Below are positions 61,923-64,000 of a DNA stretch of 64,000 nucleotides, piece after piece. Positions within the stretch are counted from its first letter, which is position 1. Every line of letters starts with the position of its first letter. The stretch covers positions 9,773-73,772 of the forward strand of contig JBDHKN010000032.1 in assembly GCA_039586365.1 (NCBI GenBank), in the 5' to 3' direction. A program made the translations under genes and the position numbers. The DNA comes from Gemmatimonadota bacterium (GTDB lineage: Bacteria; Gemmatimonadota; Gemmatimonadetes; Gemmatimonadales; GWC2-71-9). The notes below the pieces were generated by a model, which worked only from the letters and a program-made list of their open reading frames with translations, was not told the DNA's origin and searched no databases.

Positions 61923-63215
61923 ATGGATACTAAGTCAAAACTGATAGCAAAGGCAGCCGATCGGTCGGCCCTGTTTGGTGTAGTGGGTCTCGGGTACGTG
62001 GGCCTACCGCTGGTAGTGGAGCTTGCCGCAGCGCGTTATCGAGTGATCGGCTTCGACGTGAACGATAAAGTGGTTCGAAGTGTGAACGCCGGGAGGTCAC
62101 ACATACAGGACGTTCCCACGGAGCGCCTAGCTGAACTGGTGTCGTCCGGATTGGTGGAGGCCACCAGCTCGATGGAGCGGCTAGCTGAGGTGGACGTGAT
62201 CAGCATTTGTGTACCCACACCACTCTCGAAGACCAAGGACCCGGACGTGTCGTATGTTATTGCAGCGGCTGAATCGATCGGTCGAGCGATACGGGCAGGG
62301 CAAATAGTGATACTCGAGAGCACAACGTACCCGGGCACGACCCGCGAACTGCTGCTACCGATGATGGAGAAGAGGGGGCTCAAAGTAGGCAATGACGTAT
62401 TCCTCGCTTTCAGTCCGGAGCGGGTCGATCCCGGAAATCCTAGGTGGCAGACTCGAAACACACCCAAAGTTGTTGGTGGCGTCACGGAGAACTGCCGCGA
62501 CGTCGTGTTGGCGTTGTATGAACCCGCCTTCGACAAGCTGGTGCCGGTGTCATCGCCGGAGTCTGCCGAACTGGTCAAGTTGTTGGAGAACACCTTCCGC
62601 AGCATCAATATCGGATTGGTGAACGAAATGGCCATCGTGTGTGACAAATTGGGCGTTGATGTCTGGGAGGTGATCGAGGCCGCGGCGACCAAGCCGTTCG
62701 GGTTCATGCGGTTCACTCCGGGTCCCGGTCTGGGTGGTCACTGCATACCGATCGATCCCCACTACCTCGCATGGAAGATGCGCGGACTCAACTATAGAAC
62801 GCGCTTCATCGACGTCGCCAGCGAAGTCAATTCGGAGATGCCTGCTTTCTGGGTCCGGAAGGTCGCTGAACGGCTCAATGACGACGGCAAGGCAGTGAAG
62901 GGCTCCAGGGTGCTCGTGCTGGGTGTGGCGTACAAGCGTGACATTGACGACGTACGAGAGAGCCCGGCGCTGGACATCATCCGACTGTTAATACAGCAGG
63001 GGGCCGAGGTCAACTACCACGACCCGTATGTGCCCGAAGTCATCGAGGACGGTGCCAGACTACAGTCCGTACAGCTGACTGACGAAGAACTCAAGAACTC
63101 GGATTGCGTTGTGATCGTGACCGATCATGCGAGCATTGATTTCCAGCTTGTTGCCACCAATGCAAAGCAGGTGGTGGACACCAGGAATGCTCTAAAACGG
63201 GGGAGTAGAGGGTGA
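61923..63215 (+). CDS. UDP-GlcNAc 6-dehydrogenase, WbpA-like
   Basis: [43 protein letters not shown]. Confidence 0.9.
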   Translation: MDTKSKLIAKAADRSALFGVVGLGYVGLPLVVELAAARYRVIGFDVNDKVVRSVNAGRSHIQDVPTERLAELVSSGLVEATSSMERLAEVDVISICVPTPLSKTKDPDVSYVIAAAESIGRAIRAGQIVILESTTYPGTTRELLLPMMEKRGLKVGNDVFLAFSPERVDPGNPRWQTRNTPKVVGGVTENCRDVVLALYEPAFDKLVPVSSPESAELVKLLENTFRSINIGLVNEMAIVCDKLGVDVWEVIEAAATKPFGFMRFTPGPGLGGHCIPIDPHYLAWKMRGLNYRTRFIDVASEVNSEMPAFWVRKVAERLNDDGKAVKGSRVLVLGVAYKRDIDDVRESPALDIIRLLIQQGAEVNYHDPYVPEVIEDGARLQSVQLTDEELKNSDCVVIVTDHASIDFQLVATNAKQVVDTRNALKRGSRG

Positions 63216-64000
63216 ACATAGCAATCATCGGCACTGGATACGTCGGTCTCGTTGTGGGGGCCGGTTTTGCTGAAACCGGGAATGACGTCATTTGTGCAGA
63301 CGTGGACGAGGAGAAGATTGCCAAGTTGAAGGATGGCGTGATTCCCATTTAGGAGACGCGGTCCGAGAGTCGACTGTCATCTTCATCGCTGTAAGCACTC
63401 CCCAGGGTGAAGATGGTTCTGCTGACTTGCAGCACGTGTTGGAGGTTGCGCGCACTATTGGCGATAACATGAATGGCACGAAGGTAGTAGTGACAAAGAG
63501 CACCGTTCCGGTTGGTACTGCAGAGGAAGTGCGCCGGACCATCGCAGCTAGGACCTCCCTAGAGTTCCACGTTTGCTCCAATCCAGAGTTTCTGAAAGAA
63601 GGTGCGGCTGTTGACGATTTCATGAAGCCGGACCGTGTCGTTGTCGGAGTTGATTCGCAGGAGGCTGAGAATGTGTTAACCGAATTGTACTCGGCGTTTA
63701 TTCGTACCGGCAATCCTCTCATCACCATGGATATCACATCAGCGGAACTCACTAAGTATGCTGCAAATGCAATGCTCGCAACTCGGATCTCCTTCATGAA
63801 CCAGATCGCTGGGTTGTGTGAAAAAGTTGGAGCTGATGTGCATCTAGTTAGACGGGGCATAGCCAGTGACATCCGTATCGGGAAACACTTTCTGTTCCCA
63901 GGTCCCGGTTATGGCGGCTCGTGCTTTCCGAAAGACGTCAGGGCACTCATCAAGATCGCTGAGGAATACGGTGCATCGTTGGATCTCGTCAAAGCCGTTG
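63212..64000 (+). pseudogene. ugd: UDP-glucose 6-dehydrogenase interrupted at ~63350 and 3' truncated by window edge (not in ORF track)
   Basis: [14 protein letters not shown]...KDGVIPI then TAG (63350-63352). Another frame continues [16 protein letters not shown]...KSTVPVGT...SNPEFLKEG...KYAAN...[10 protein letters not shown]. Confidence 0.85.

Noticed and set aside
63350..63352. Pyrrolysine/amber readthrough in ugd
   Set aside because: The downstream coding sequence is in a different frame and a conserved block is missing, so this is a deletion rather than recoding.

Overview
GC-rich bacterial chromosomal window, mostly housekeeping. Gene content and repeat style suggest Gemmatimonadota or a similar diderm; this is inference only. 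In order it holds: the 3' end of a histidine kinase, an OmpR-type two-component pair, a tonB-exbB-exbD-exbD-tonB-like operon, a peptidoglycan/amino-sugar salvage cluster (GH3 NagZ, serine hydrolase, SSS transporter, BadF-type kinase, with NamZ further on), and an erythromycin-esterase-family lipoprotein. Next is an unusual six-gene tricarboxylate operon (HD-like protein, MmgE/PrpD, single-chain homoaconitase-like hydratase, beta-decarboxylating dehydrogenase, CitD-CitE fusion, CitF) with several sequence lesions. Then come a PadR/orphan-permease/serine-hydrolase block, inositol-lipid genes coupled to a copper efflux operon, and 2-oxoacid dehydrogenase E1-beta and E2 separated by an IS200-TnpA-like gene lacking its catalytic residues. 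The rest is trxB, a probable AhpD/CMD-family selenoprotein (C-K-Y-UGA plus SECIS-like hairpin, split in the ORF track), aspA, moeB, tRNA-Leu(CAG), smpB, an amidase, pyrD-pyrF, the rpmJ-rplQ operon, rpmB, and a surface-glycan locus (gmd, rmd-like, wbpDEBA-like, disrupted ugd) containing carB and murB. The best leads are the tricarboxylate operon, the UGA-readthrough protein, the dead TnpA homolog and three families of short intergenic repeats. No CRISPR array, rRNA, phage or intact mobile element was seen. All family calls come from motif recognition; no database search was run.
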